Positions 10,310 through 21,329 of a DNA stretch of 64,000 nt are shown here, one piece after another. Made by a program: the position numbers and the translations under genes. Numbering within the stretch: position 1 is the stretch's first letter; each line of letters opens with the position of its first letter. The notes beneath the pieces are model-generated. The model had not been told where the DNA came from. It ran no database searches and worked only from the letters and a program-made list of their open reading frames with translations. The stretch is from assembly GCA_963809485.1 (NCBI GenBank), contig CAWEJX010000019.1, positions 1 to 64,000 of the forward strand, in the 5' to 3' direction. Source of the DNA: an uncultured Acidobacteriota bacterium (lineage in GTDB: Bacteria; Acidobacteriota; UBA6911).

Positions 10310-11408
10310 ATGGCCAAAGCAACCAATCTACAATCTGCCGGAACCATCGCCGGCATCAAAGAGCTGCTTGGGAATCAATCGAGCTATTATCTCGACTACC
10401 AAAGCAAGACGCTGAGCAAGGACCAGCTGCACCTGCCGGGTCCTGATTTCATTGACAGGGTATGGATAAACAGCGACAGGCCGGCGCCAGTTCTGCGAAA
10501 TCTGCAGGCTTTGTTCGATCATGGAAGGTTGAGCGGCACCGGATATGTTTCCATCCTCCCGGTCGATCAGGGAATCGAGCACTCCGCCGGCGCCTCTTTT
10601 GCTCCGAATCCCATCTACTTCGACGGGGAGAATATCGTCAAGCTTGCCATCGAGGGCGGATGCAACGCTGTCGCTTCGACACTCGGCGTCCTTGGTTCGA
10701 TCTGCCGGAAATATGCCCACAAAATCCCGTTCATCCTCAAGATCAATCACAACGAGTTCATTTCCTATCCGAATACCTATGACCAGATCCTGTTTGCGAA
10801 TGTCCAGCAGGCATTCGAACTCGGTGCGGCGGCTGTCGGGCGCCACGATCTATTTCGGTTCCGAGGAATCGAAGAGGCAAATCCAGGAAGTCTCCGCCGC
10901 TTTCCATGAAGCTCATCAGATGGGAATGGCGACGATCCTCTGGTGCTACCTGCGCAACTCGGCGTTTAACAAAAAGAAGGAAGGCGGGCCCGATTATCAT
11001 GTCTCGGCCGATCTTACGAGCCAGGCCAACCACCTCGGAGTCACCATAGAGGCGGATATCATCAAACAGAAGCTTCCTGAGAACAACGGCGGGTACGAGG
11101 CCATCAAGTTCGGGAAGACGCACAAAAAAGTCTATTCGGAGCTGACCTCGGAGCACCCGATCGATCTGACACGTTACCAGGTCATCAACTGCTATATGGG
11201 ACGGGCCGGATTGATCAATTCGGGCGGAGCGAGCGCAGGCGAAAGCGATCTGGCCGAAGCAGTGAAAACGGCGGTGATCAACAAGCGTGCCGGCGGCATG
11301 GGACTGATATCCGGCCGAAAAGCTTTCCAGAGACCCATGAAGGAAGGGATTGCTTTGCTGAACGCCATCCAGGATGTGTATCTCTGCAAAGATGTGACAG
11401 TCGCCTAG
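10310..11408 (+). CDS. fbaB: Class I fructose-bisphosphate aldolase (DhnA/FbaB type), one +1 frameshift near 10838-10840
   Basis: [20 protein letters not shown] in first frame; [38 protein letters not shown] in second; extra G in GTCGGGCGCC. Confidence 0.88.
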
Positions 11409-11504
11409 CCCAAAGCATTTGTTCGCGAAACGGCTCGAATATTCGGGTGGCCGGAAGGCCGCCCGATATCCTGTACTCCCCTGGAGCAGCTCGACCTGCA
11501 TACT

Positions 11505-12242
11505 ATGCGAACAAGCCACATTCACCTTTCCGTAATCATCCCGGCATACAACGAAGAATTGCGCCTGCCTGGCACTCTGCAAAAGTCGATCGACTACCTG
11601 ACGCCGCAGACCTATAAATCGGAAATCCTCGTGGTGAACGACGGTTCCACCGACGGCACCGAGCAGATCGTCCGGCAGTACGCTTCCGCTCCGGTCGCAG
11701 TGAAATTGCTCGCGCATCCGGACGGCGCCAACCACGGCAAAGGCGCATCCGTCAAGCTGGGAATGCTGAATGCCAGGGGGGATTACCGGCTGTTCATGGA
11801 TGCCGACAATTCCACCAGCCTCGACCAGGTCAATCGATTCTGGCCCGTTTTCGATCAAGGATACGCCGTCGTCATCGGCTCGCGCGCCTTGAAGGAGTCC
11901 GTTATAGCCGTGCATCAGCCGAAGTATAAGGAAACTGCCGGCCGGATCGGAAACTGGCTTATACGCACTTTCGCCGTCCCGGGAATATGCGACACGCAGG
12001 CAGGATTCAAGGTGTTCTCGGCCCTTGCGGCGGAAGCTGTTTTCCGCCGGCAGACCATTGACCGGTGGGGATTTGACATCGAATTGCTGGCGATTGCGCG
12101 ATCCCGCGGTTTCAGGATATGCGAAGTCCCTATAACCTGGATCAATGCCCCGGGCAGCAAAGTCACGATGTCGACGTATCTGGAAGTTCTGGGCGAGATA
12201 CGGAGCATCCGGCGCAATCTCAAAGCCGGCCTGTACAGTTAA
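11505..12242 (+). CDS. GT2 glycosyltransferase (dolichyl-phosphate beta-glucosyltransferase-like)
   Basis: VIIPAYNE, VNDGSTDGT, GKGASV, MDAD, DTQAGFK, WGFDIE. Confidence 0.88.
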   Translation: MRTSHIHLSVIIPAYNEELRLPGTLQKSIDYLTPQTYKSEILVVNDGSTDGTEQIVRQYASAPVAVKLLAHPDGANHGKGASVKLGMLNARGDYRLFMDADNSTSLDQVNRFWPVFDQGYAVVIGSRALKESVIAVHQPKYKETAGRIGNWLIRTFAVPGICDTQAGFKVFSALAAEAVFRRQTIDRWGFDIELLAIARSRGFRICEVPITWINAPGSKVTMSTYLEVLGEIRSIRRNLKAGLYS

Positions 12243-12386
12243 TGATCATATATTATAAAGGCGACAATAGCTGCCTGGCTCCGCAACGGCATAAAAAGAG
12301 TGCCCAGGACATGGCCCGGGTGGGAGCGGCGCCGGGATTCCGGATTGGTTATGGCTTTCCTCTCGAGTTTCAGGAAACCAGGACTG

Positions 12387-12800
12387 TCAGGCGAAAGGGT
12401 TTTGAACTTTTACGCCGAGAATAGTCTGACCTGCATTGAGATCCTCGCTTAAAACCGTGCTACAGTCGGCCGCAGCTGCCGCCGCGAGAATCAGCGAATC
12501 CCAGAATGATATCTGATTCAAAATCGAGCAATCGATCGCTTCATGAATAATGGCTGGCGATATTTGGACGATTTCAAACACGGCGAATGTCTTCAGCACA
12601 CCCTTTGCGGCCAGCGCGGACACGCCGAGTTTGCGTGTTGCGGCTACGTAGAACTCCTGCATGACCTGTGTCGAAACCACACCGTCACCTGAATTTGCGA
12701 GCTGCACGATGGTGTCCCTGCATTTGCGCTGCTTTCCCGGCGCACCGGTGTCCTGGGCATAGACAAAGATGTTTGCGTCGAGGAAAATTTTACCTTTCAT
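12387..12800 (-). CDS. PIN-domain toxin (VapC-like)
   Basis: IFLDANIFVY, STQVMQEF, SFWDSLI, LSEDL, NPF; overlaps upstream antitoxin. Confidence 0.88.
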   Translation of the reverse strand: MKGKIFLDANIFVYAQDTGAPGKQRKCRDTIVQLANSGDGVVSTQVMQEFYVAATRKLGVSALAAKGVLKTFAVFEIVQISPAIIHEAIDCSILNQISFWDSLILAAAAAADCSTVLSEDLNAGQTILGVKVQNPFA

Positions 12801-13014
12801 GAAGCTCCTCGCGTGTCCAGTGCTGGCCGCGAGAATTCCCGGGATACGCGTCCATCAAGCGAAACATCTCGCGTATGGAAGCCTCCCGGTCTGAAAGAAC
12901 CGTCTTCTCCAGCAGCTCGCGAATCAGGGCATTGAGAGTGGTTTGGTGCCGCTGAGCATAGGCGCGCCCGGCATTCAGGGTCTCATCGTCCAGGGCAAGA
13001 GTAACATTTTTCAT
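12790..13014 (-). CDS. Ribbon-helix-helix antitoxin (VapB-like)
   Basis: MKNVTLALD...TLNALIRELL...WTREELHER, directly upstream of PIN gene. Confidence 0.8.
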   Translation of the reverse strand: MKNVTLALDDETLNAGRAYAQRHQTTLNALIRELLEKTVLSDREASIREMFRLMDAYPGNSRGQHWTREELHER

Positions 13015-13020
13015 AGACGC

Positions 13021-13049
13021 ATTATACCGTTACACATAAGCTGTGTCCA
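13021..13049 (-). promoter_or_regulatory. Sigma70 promoter of the TA operon with overlapping palindromic operator
   Basis: TGGACA-17 nt-TATAAT on minus strand, 6 nt before ATG; ACACA-N5-TGTGT palindrome overlaps -35/spacer. Confidence 0.65.
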
Positions 13050-13166
13050 CGCACATTGTGTCATCTGCCAAGGCTAAATATTTGTTCTAAATGAAAAAAT
13101 GCCCATGAAATTTCTTGGTGCCGGTCGGTGCGAAATCCGTCTTCTGCACTTTGTATTAATTTAAAG

Positions 13167-14556
13167 CTACTCCAGTTTGTATTTTTTGACTTTGTAGCGG
13201 AGTGTGTCGCGGGTGATGTGCAGCAGCCGGGCGGCCGTTGTCTTGTTGCCGCGCGCCTGATCGATCGCCTGCCGTATTAGATTCCTTCTCAACGTCGTAG
13301 AGCGACATTCCTCCCGGCGGAAGAGGATCATCGCCGTCGCTGCTCCCCTCTTCCATCGGCACAGGCATCTTCCCCCTTCCGAAATTCGAATGGGAAGGTG
13401 TTTCGCCGCAATGCGGTTACCTTCCGCCAGGATCATCACACTCTCGATGGCATTTTTCAGTTCGCGGATATTTCCCGGCCAGTCGTAGTGCATCAGGAGT
13501 TCGTCCGCTTCCCGTGTGAGGCCCTGAATATTTTTGCGGAATTTCGGTTGTAGTGCTGCAATAAAATGCGCCAGCAGTCGGAGGAATATCTTCCTTGTGC
13601 TCTCTGAGCGGGCGCAGGTGCACGGGTATGATGGCGAGACGAAAGTAGAGATCCTGGCGGAATTTCGATGTGCGCACCGCTTCCTCCAGGTTCCGGTTCG
13701 AAGCGACGATCACGCGCACGTCGACCGTGGATATTTTTTACTCCGCCGACTCGCCGGAACGACTGGCCTTCGAGGACGCGCAGGAGTTTGGCCTGCATTC
13801 CCAGACGTCATTTCGCTGATCTCATCCAGAAAGAGAGTGCCGCCATCGGCTATCTCGAACATTCCCCTTTTCTGGGTGTGCGCGTCGGTGAACGCCCCTT
13901 TTTCGTGGCCGAACAGTTCCGATTCCATCAGTGTTTCGGGGATCGCGGCGCAGTTGATCGCAGAAAATGGACGGTCGCGCCGCGAGGATTCATAGTGGAT
14001 GGCATGCGCCACCAGGTCTTTCCCGGTCCCGCTTTCGCCCAGTATCAGAATGGTGGACGCTTCGCTTGCGGCGACTTTTCGGATGAGCTCCCGGACCTCC
14101 CGGATATAACCGATAACTCCGACGATCCGGTCCACACTGAACTCGCTGCGCTGGATTTCCTGCGTGCGCGCGACTTCCGTGCGCAGACGCCTGGTTTCCA
14201 GGGCATTGCGAACGGCATTCTCCAGCTTCTCGAAGTTGATCGGTTTCTCGATGAAATCATAGGCGCCGAGCTTGAGGCTTCGCACTGCGTCATCCACGAT
14301 GCCGAAGGCGGTAATCACGATCACCGGGATCTGAACATTCCGGTTCCTCAGTTCCGAAAGCACATCGATCCCGGTCATGTCCGGCAAGCTTGACGTCCAG
14401 GGTGATCAGGTCGGGATTGTCGAGCTGGATTCGGCCCAGAGCGGTAGCGCCGTCCTCGGCCAGGCTGACATGGTATCCCCATTGTTCGAGTTTCTGCTGA
14501 AGCGACCAGCGCACGAGGCGTTCATCGTCCACTACGAGAATTGTTTCTTTCGGCAT
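13167..14556 (-). CDS. Sigma54-dependent NtrC-family response regulator (several frameshifts)
   Basis: REC (ILVVDDE), Walker [15 protein letters not shown] loop, [14 protein letters not shown], Fis HTH spread over about 6 ORF fragments. Confidence 0.85.
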
Positions 14557-16773
14557 CGAGTCGGCCTTGCGGGAAACTTTCCCGAAAATAATGGCGAATT
14601 GCCAAGGAGGTGCGTTGCCCAGCGCCGGCATCCCGCCAGCCTTGGATCCCCGGGATCAAAGGCTGCCGCCTGGAGGGCGGGGGATTTACACCTGGCGATA
14701 GGGCTGGATGCTGCACACCAGGGGAAGGCTATCACGAAAGTCGTTCCCCTGCCCAATTCGCTGCGCACCTCGATGGTGCCTCCATGATACTGCACATTCT
14801 TAAGACAGGTTGCCAGTCCCAATCCCACTCCGTCCGTGCGCGTTGTAAAAAAGGGCTGAAAGATCTTTTTCTGAAGCTCCTCCGGGAATGCCCGGGCCGT
14901 CGTCGCGCACTTCCATCCGCACGGTCTTCGCGTCATCGGTCGTAATCGAGAACTACTTCAATATGACCGCCTGAAGGCATCGCGTTCTGCGCGTTCAGCA
15001 GCAGGTTCAACAGGACCTGTTCGAGCTGGGTTTCATCTCCGGTAAATTCCGGTATCGGAGCCGTGCTGGCTGAATCGGGATCGAACAGCGCCTGGTTTTT
15101 CGGAGTCGCGCCGGCCATCGCAACGATGCGATGCACAAGCTCGGGCAGATCGATCGGATCTGTGTGAAGGCGGTTTGGGTTTGGCATAATTCAGAAGATC
15201 GCGCACGATCTTATCGATGCGGTTTACTTCATGAATCACGTCCCCGAGAATTTCCTGGTGTTTATCGGACAGAGGCAGCGAATCCCGGATCACATCGATC
15301 GCGCCCTTGATGCCTGCCAGCGGATTCTTGATTTCGTGGGCAAGTCCCGCCGATAACTCGCCGAGCGTCGCCAGGTGTTCCGCATCGGCAAGCTGTTTTT
15401 CGAGGCTCTCGAACGGAGGTGACATCTTTCACCACCGAGGAGCTGCCGATAATCTGTCCTGAATCATCGCGAATGGCGGTGCGCGTAAAAATCACCTGAA
15501 TCCGTCTGCCGTCTTTCGTGATGCGCTCGGTTTGATGGCTGCGAACCGCTCCCTGGGCCCGGAATCTGCGGGAGATCGATTCCAGTTCGCGCGCTTCGCG
15601 GAGTTCGGGCGGGACAAGGATCTGAACCGGTTTTCCCACCATTTCATTGGCGAGATATCCGAAAATGCGCTCGGCGCCTTTGTTCCAGGAAGTGACGATA
15701 TCGTTCGGATCCATCGTCATGATCGCGTCCGCCGAATCGCGGAGGATGTTGGCCATGAACCGGTTTTTCTTGGCAAGCTCATCTTCCAGACGCCGGATCT
15801 TGGTCAGGTCGTGTGCTACCGTGATCGTGCCGACAATTTCGCCCGCCGGTTTCGAATCGCGGAAGCCGACAGCACGACCGGGGTCTTTCTCCCGCCGGGA
15901 GTCACAAACTCCGTGAGGTAATCGCGGAAGCGCTTCTGTTCTTTTAAGCGCTCCATGATCGATGGACTTCGGAATTGCCTCCGACATAGAAAGATCCGAC
16001 TCGTTTGCCGACACCTTCGCTGGGAGAGACTCCCAGAATGTCGCTCGCGCCCTGACTGCAGGATGTGACGAAGCCCTTGGCATCCGTGGTAAAAACAGCA
16101 TCCAAAGAGGTCTGCTCAAGCTCGCATCCCATGTCGCTGATGATGCGCAGGCAGCGGTCAAACCGTTCCGTAAACCGGCCGCCGGCCAGCATCTTTTGGG
16201 TTGGCAGGGCTTCCTCGCCCCAATCGGCCGCAGATTGAAATTCAAATCTGCAGGCGGAATCTCCTTTCGCGCGGCAATGAGTTTCGAGGCAAATGACATC
16301 CGCGCCGAAAAATTCGCTGGCAAATCCGTTGCCGTAACCTTCGAGCGCACAGCAGACGGAATCGGCTGCCGATCCCGTATTGCTGCAGATGGTACTCGAC
16401 TTCGAAGGAGTCGAGCCACTCTCCGTTTAGATGGATTTTTCCCTCAGAGCGGTTGATTTCCAATTCGGTCCAGCCGCGCTTTAGCCATCCCTTCCAGGAA
16501 GTGTAACCTGAGCCCGGCCTGAAGCAATTCTTCGTCGGAAGGCCAGGAATACCGCTTCCGCATCTGGTGCGCGTCGTGCCTTCCGCACTGATATCCAACC
16601 CTCAAAAACTCCCCGGGTCACGTCCCATCCAAGGTTGTCCATGAGTTCGTGACGCATGGCACCGAGGGCGGCCGCAGCGAGACATGACATATCGGTTGTT
16701 CCCGAGACTGATACGTCCGGAAAATGGATCCACCTGGAAGACATCTTCGAATTTTAAGGCTTCTGCTGCGCAT
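14532..16773 (-). CDS. Sensor histidine kinase, XylR_N/V4R + PAS + PAS + HisKA/HATPase (several frameshifts; 3' end approximate)
   Basis: Fragments GRISLGNNRYV/LGAMRHELM/GEWLDSFEV (XylR_N-V4R), WNKGAERIFGY (PAS), LAHEIKNPL, QVLLNLLLNA, FQPFFTT, GVGLGL. Confidence 0.8.
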
Positions 16774-16819
16774 CGGGCTTTGCTGATATATGGGAACAGC
16801 GTCACTTCTGGTCTTCTTT

Positions 16820-17653
16820 TCCTGCCGTTGATCAGGGAGCCGAGTTCGCGCGACCGGGCGGTCGCCGCTTCGACAGCTTCCATGATGGTCGACCGGAAGT
16901 TGCCCTTCTCCAGCATTTTCAATCCGGCGAAAGTCGTCCCGCCCGGAGTGGCCACGATATCCTTCAATTCACTCGGATGCTTTCCGGTTTCCAGGAGCAT
17001 CTTCGCAGCGCCATACACTGTCTGGGCTGCCAGGAGCGAGGATTCCTTGCGGGAGATCCCCAGCTGAACTCCCGCGTCGCTGAGGGACTCGATAACAAGA
17101 AAGACAAAAGCCGGTCCGCTTCCCGAAAGGCCGGTCACGACGTCCATCAAGCGCTTCGTTTTTGATGACTCACCGCGCGCCCGACGCACTCGAAAATCGA
17201 AACGGCGCGCTGGAGATCGGACGGGGAAACATTCCGGCCCGGGACACATGGCCGCGATGCCGGCCAGCACGGACGCAGGCGCATTGGGCATGACTCGGAT
17301 GATCCCGGACTGATGGTGCATTTTGGCGGCAAGTTTTTCCGTTGTGATGCCGGCCGCAATGGAAATGAACAGGTGTCCTTCGTGGCTCGAACTGGAGAGC
17401 TCATCCAGCAGGTCATCGATATTTTGCGGTTTTACGGCGATAATAACGATCGATGCATTGCTCCACCAGTTCCACGTTGGATGAGGCATGCTTGATGCCA
17501 TAGGTTTTTGATATATAGGATCAGACGGTCCTGGCTGACATCGCTGGCCATGATATCTGTTTTTTTCACCTTGCCGGATTGTATCAACCCGCGGATCAGA
17601 ACCTCTCCCATGTTTCCCGCGCCGATGATTCCGACAACTTTTCCGCTCAGCAT
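16820..17653 (-). CDS. proC: Pyrroline-5-carboxylate reductase (frameshifted; 3' end approximate)
   Basis: GIIGAGNMG, AVKPQ, SIAAGI, RVMPN, TGLSGSGPAF, VATPGGTT. Confidence 0.88.
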
Positions 17654-17746
17654 TCAAATCTCCTTTTGTATTCTGTCCGGGGCGAAGGGCTTGCCCCTGG
17701 ATCGGTATTTTCGAAAAACATGAACGGGTTCATGCCCGCGTGCCGC

Positions 17747-19311
17747 TTACCCGGGATGCCCCGTGGCTTTGCAGATGACGGCTGTTATGTCGTCGACTTG
17801 ACGCAATCCGCTCTGAAAAATCCCGGACCGCCTTGATAAAGCCTGTTCACGATTTCCTGAGCGCTTTCCTGGCGGTTGGCCCTGAATGAACTCAAGAGCG
17901 CGTTCCACGCCGAAGGCGCTCTGGTCGGGTCTCTCTGCTTCGGTGATGCCGTCGGTCAGCAGACGCCAGAATTTCGCCCGGCTCCAGCTTGATGGGATCG
18001 CTGCAGTTGAATTTGTGATCCGGCAAAAAACCCAGCGGAATATCCGTGCTTTCCAGAGTCCGTTTGAGAGCGCCGGTGGAATCCAGGATATAGCCGGGAG
18101 TGTGCCCGGCATTGGCATATACGAGAGTTCCTGAACCAGGATGCAGGCGGCAGAATATCAATGTCGCGTAGCGGTCCTGTTCCAGGTCGGATACCAGCGC
18201 GTTGTTCATCAGGGAAAAAAGTCTCGCCGATATCGGAAATCGTTCTGCGCGAAGGCCCGCAAGATATGCCCGCAATTCGGCCATCAGCAACGCGGAGCCT
18301 ATCCCGTGGCCGGAGACATCGCCGATGGCAATCCCGACGCAGTCTCCGGCAGAGGGACAAAATCGAAATAGTCTCCGCCGGTCTCGTCCGCGGGGAACGC
18401 GGCGCCGGCAAGATCGAATCCCTCAATCCGCGGCGGAGGCATGCTGTAAAACTGCTGCTGCACGGCACGCGCCAGGCTTCATCTGAATCTGCTGATCTTG
18501 CAGCTTCCTCTGTTCGGTCACATCCTTGATGACTGTTACGAAGTGAGTGATGTTTCCGGTCGGGCCCCTCATCGGAGTGATCGTCTGTTCCGCATAAAAT
18601 ATCTCTCCGTTTTTCTTGCGGTTGGCGATGGTATGCCGGAAAACCTCCCCGGACAGGATTGTGGACCACAGCCCTTCGTAAAAGGCCTGGTCGTGCACGC
18701 CGGACTTGAGGATTCGGGGGGTGAGGCCGTCCAGCTTCCTGGCGGGAGAATCCGGTGGTCGTCTCAAAAGCCGGATTCACATATTCGATCAACGCCGGCC
18801 TTGTCCGTAATGATGATGCTGTCGGCCGTCTGTTCCACGGCATTGGTCAGCGTTTTCGGACAAGCGTTTCGGTTTCCTTCTTTTGGGTGATGTCGTGAAA
18901 CACAACGACGCTTCCGCGGATATCGCCGCTCCCGTTCTGAAGCGGTTTCGCCTGGACGGCGACCCAGATCCCCAGAGGACATTGTTCATTGCGAATGTAT
19001 ATCTCGGTTTCGGGGACTTTTTTGCCGGCAAGCGCAAGGGTCGAGGGCAATTCGTCGGCTGGATAGGGCGTCATCCCGTCAGGCTTGAAGCAGCCCTGGA
19101 CGTCGGACCAGGAATGGGGGGAATCCTCCCTTGCGGCGGGCGCCAGCACATTCTTCGCGAGCTGGTTGCAGATCAGGAATTTGCCGTCCCGATCCGCGAC
19201 GATCACACCCGCGGTAAGGTGATATAGGGTGGATCGGAGGACTTCAAGCTCGTCTTCCAGAGGCTGCAAAGACCGATTACTTGCTTTATTGGCGGTGGTA
19301 AGAGGATCCAT
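17747..19311 (-). CDS. PAS-PAS-SpoIIE (RsbU-like PP2C phosphatase), several frameshifts
   Basis: PAS fragments (IEYVNPAFETTTG, NRKKNGE), PP2C pieces YANAGH, TDGITEAE, DDITAV. Confidence 0.8.
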
Positions 19312-19528
19312 CCGGGTTTCAACTCCTGCAATTCAATGTACCATGGTTGCCATCCATTTCTCAGATGTAATTCAGAGGCATGAAACAGGTGGGGACTCAC
19401 CTCGCATTTCTCGCAGCTTTTCTGCTGCCTCTGCGGTTCAAAAAGCTTCACAGATGTTTATTGCGCGTGATTCCGGTTTTATGTTTTGTCGGTTGCGATC
19501 AGGCCCCTTTGAGGCGCCGGCAACCATA

Positions 19529-19557
19529 AAGCCTCCGGCTCTGCCGGAGAATACCTA
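19529..19557 (+). repeat. Solo IS200/IS605-like right-end hairpin
   Basis: AAGCCTCCGGCTCTGCCGGAGAATACCT resembles the right end of the MITEs at 28.3, 37.5 and 48.9 kb. Confidence 0.55.
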
Positions 19558-20749
19558 ATCCATGTTGGCAAATCCCTGTTCCAGGTCGCCGATGATGTCG
19601 CGGGGATCTTCGAGGCCGACGGACAGGCGGACGAGTTCGTCGATGATGCCCGAGCTTCATAGCGCTCCTCGCGGCTGAGGTTGTAGTAGCTGTTGAGCGC
19701 GGGGTGGGTGACAAGGGTTTCCGGGCCGCCCAGGCTCGGGCCGAGCATGCACAGTTTCAAGCCGTCGAGGAACTTGAGCGTCTGCTCGAGATTGCCGTTG
19801 ATTTCGAAGGTGACGACGGCGCCGAATCCCTTCATCTGACGTTTGAGGCCAGTTCATATTGGCGATGGCTTGGAAGACCGGGATAATACACGCGGCGTAT
19901 CTGAGGCTGCTTTTCCAGGAATTGAGCAACCTGCATTGCGGTGCTGTTCAGCCGTTCCATCCGCATGCCGAAGGTTTTGAGGCCTCGAATCAGAAGATAG
20001 CAGCTCATTGGATCGGCAACGCCGCCGGTCATGCGGCGCCACTGATAGATCGGCTCGGTAGCTTTCTCCGATCCCAACGCCGCTCCGGAAAGGACATCGT
20101 TGTGCCCGCCCAGATATTTGGTGGCGCTCTGGATGACGATGTCGACTCCCCGTTCGAGCGGCCGGCTGTTGATAGGGCGTGGCAAAAGTGCTGTCGATGA
20201 CGCTGAGCACTTTGTGTGCGCGCGCGATCCGCACAATTTCGTCGATATCGGCGATGTTGAGATACGGATTGGTCGGAGATTCGGAGATGATCATGCGGTG
20301 GAGGGAGTGACGGCCTTTTCCATGGCTTCGTAATCGCCCATGGGGACGACGGTGCAGCTGATACCAAACCGGGGCATGACGCGCTTGACCATCGCCAGGG
20401 TTTGCTTATAGGCATCGTCAGTAATGATGATGTGTTGCCCCTGGATGCAGTTGGACAGGATCGTGGCGGAGACCGCGCTCATGCCGCAGTCGAAGAGGAC
20501 GCAACGCTCGGCGCCTTCGAGGGCGGCCAGTTTGAGCTCGGCGGCCTGGCGCGTCGGGTTGCCGTAGCGGCCGTATTCGTAGTGGTCGATCTCGCCGTTG
20601 GCGAAGGAGACCATTTCGGCAACATCTTTAAAGACAAAGGTACTGGTGTAGTCAATGGGAGTCGTGATGCTGCCCATCCACCGCTTTTCGCCGCAGTGCA
20701 CCGCGATGGTGTCTCGATGTCCGGTCGGTTTTTGCTTAAACTCGTTCAT
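19555..20749 (-). CDS. PLP-dependent Cys/Met metabolism enzyme (cystathionine gamma-synthase/lyase family), several frameshifts
   Basis: YGRYGNPT, ESPTNP, DSTFATP, SATKYLGGHND (PLP Lys), SLGGPETL, ending GFANMD*. Confidence 0.85.
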
Positions 20750-20906
20750 ACAGATCTCCAAATTGCTCTAATTAGGATGGCGCGCCCCAACAGCATCCAG
20801 GTCGGGGCCGATATCAGTCGGATCCGACCGTCATCCGTCAAACGCAAAAAAATATTATTATTATCCCAAATTCCCACTTAGTTGCGATAAATCTGTGCAT
20901 TTGCAG

Positions 20907-20935
20907 TTGGACGTAAAACAGGTTTCTGCTACAAT
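20907..20935 (+). promoter_or_regulatory. Putative sigma70 promoter of selC
   Basis: TTGGAC-17 nt-TACAAT with extended TG, 12 nt before the tRNA. Confidence 0.6.
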
Positions 20936-20947
20936 CACAGCGGCAGC

Positions 20948-21046
20948 GGAGGTGAATCTGGCCTGGTGGCTGGCCTGGACTTCAAATCCAGTTGTGGTTT
21001 ACCGGAAGGTAGGCTAGGTGGGTTCGATTCCCATGCACCTCCGCCA
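20948..21046 (+). tRNA. selC: tRNA-Sec (anticodon UCA)
   Basis: 99 nt; acceptor GGAGGTG/CACCTCC-G-CCA, anticodon arm CTGGA-CTTCAAA-TCCAG, long variable arm, T arm GTGGG-TTCGATT-CCCAT. Confidence 0.95.
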
Positions 21047-21060
21047 CTCTTTTTGGCTTT

Positions 21061-21198
21061 TAACGGTTAACGGGGACGGACCACGATAAGGCCTTCGTAA
21101 GATTATAGATATCTCGGTTTTGGGGATTGTAACGGTTAACGGGGACGGACCACGATAAGGCCTTCGTAAGATTATAGATATCTCGGTTTTGGGGATTG
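21061..21198. repeat. Perfect 69-bp tandem duplication carrying the GGGGACGGACCACGATAA motif
   Basis: 21061-21129 repeated at 21130-21198. Confidence 0.9.
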
Positions 21199-21280
21199 AT
21201 AAAAGGGCTTAGGCGCAACTTTAGGCGGCATTTACGCGTGCAAGGATTTATGGAGCTTCGCTGATTTTTTAATTCAAAGA

Positions 21281-21329
21281 TTTTTCGTGGTCCGACCCCG
21301 AATCCACCCCGAATCCCACCCCGAATTTC
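21281..21329. repeat. Inverted motif TTTTCGTGGTCCGACCCC followed by three CCCCGAAT stutter copies
   Basis: Read directly; inverse partner of the 21069/21138 motifs. Confidence 0.75.

Noticed and set aside
10830-10850. Programmed frameshift in fbaB
   Set aside because: No slippery heptamer or stimulator; an extra G in a short run fits a sequencing error
6633-11915. Long antisense ORFs (e.g. 6633-7571, 10758-11915)
   Set aside because: Shadow frames of well-supported genes in GC-rich DNA with no motifs
16602-17657. proC-sensor kinase fusion suggested by the 351-aa ORF
   Set aside because: Arises within the indel-rich block; the kinase has its own probable ATG at 16773
20291-20293. In-frame TGA in the PLP enzyme as a possible Sec codon
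   Set aside because: The conserved sequence (MIISESPTNP) continues in another frame, so this is a single-base deletion; no SECIS-like hairpin
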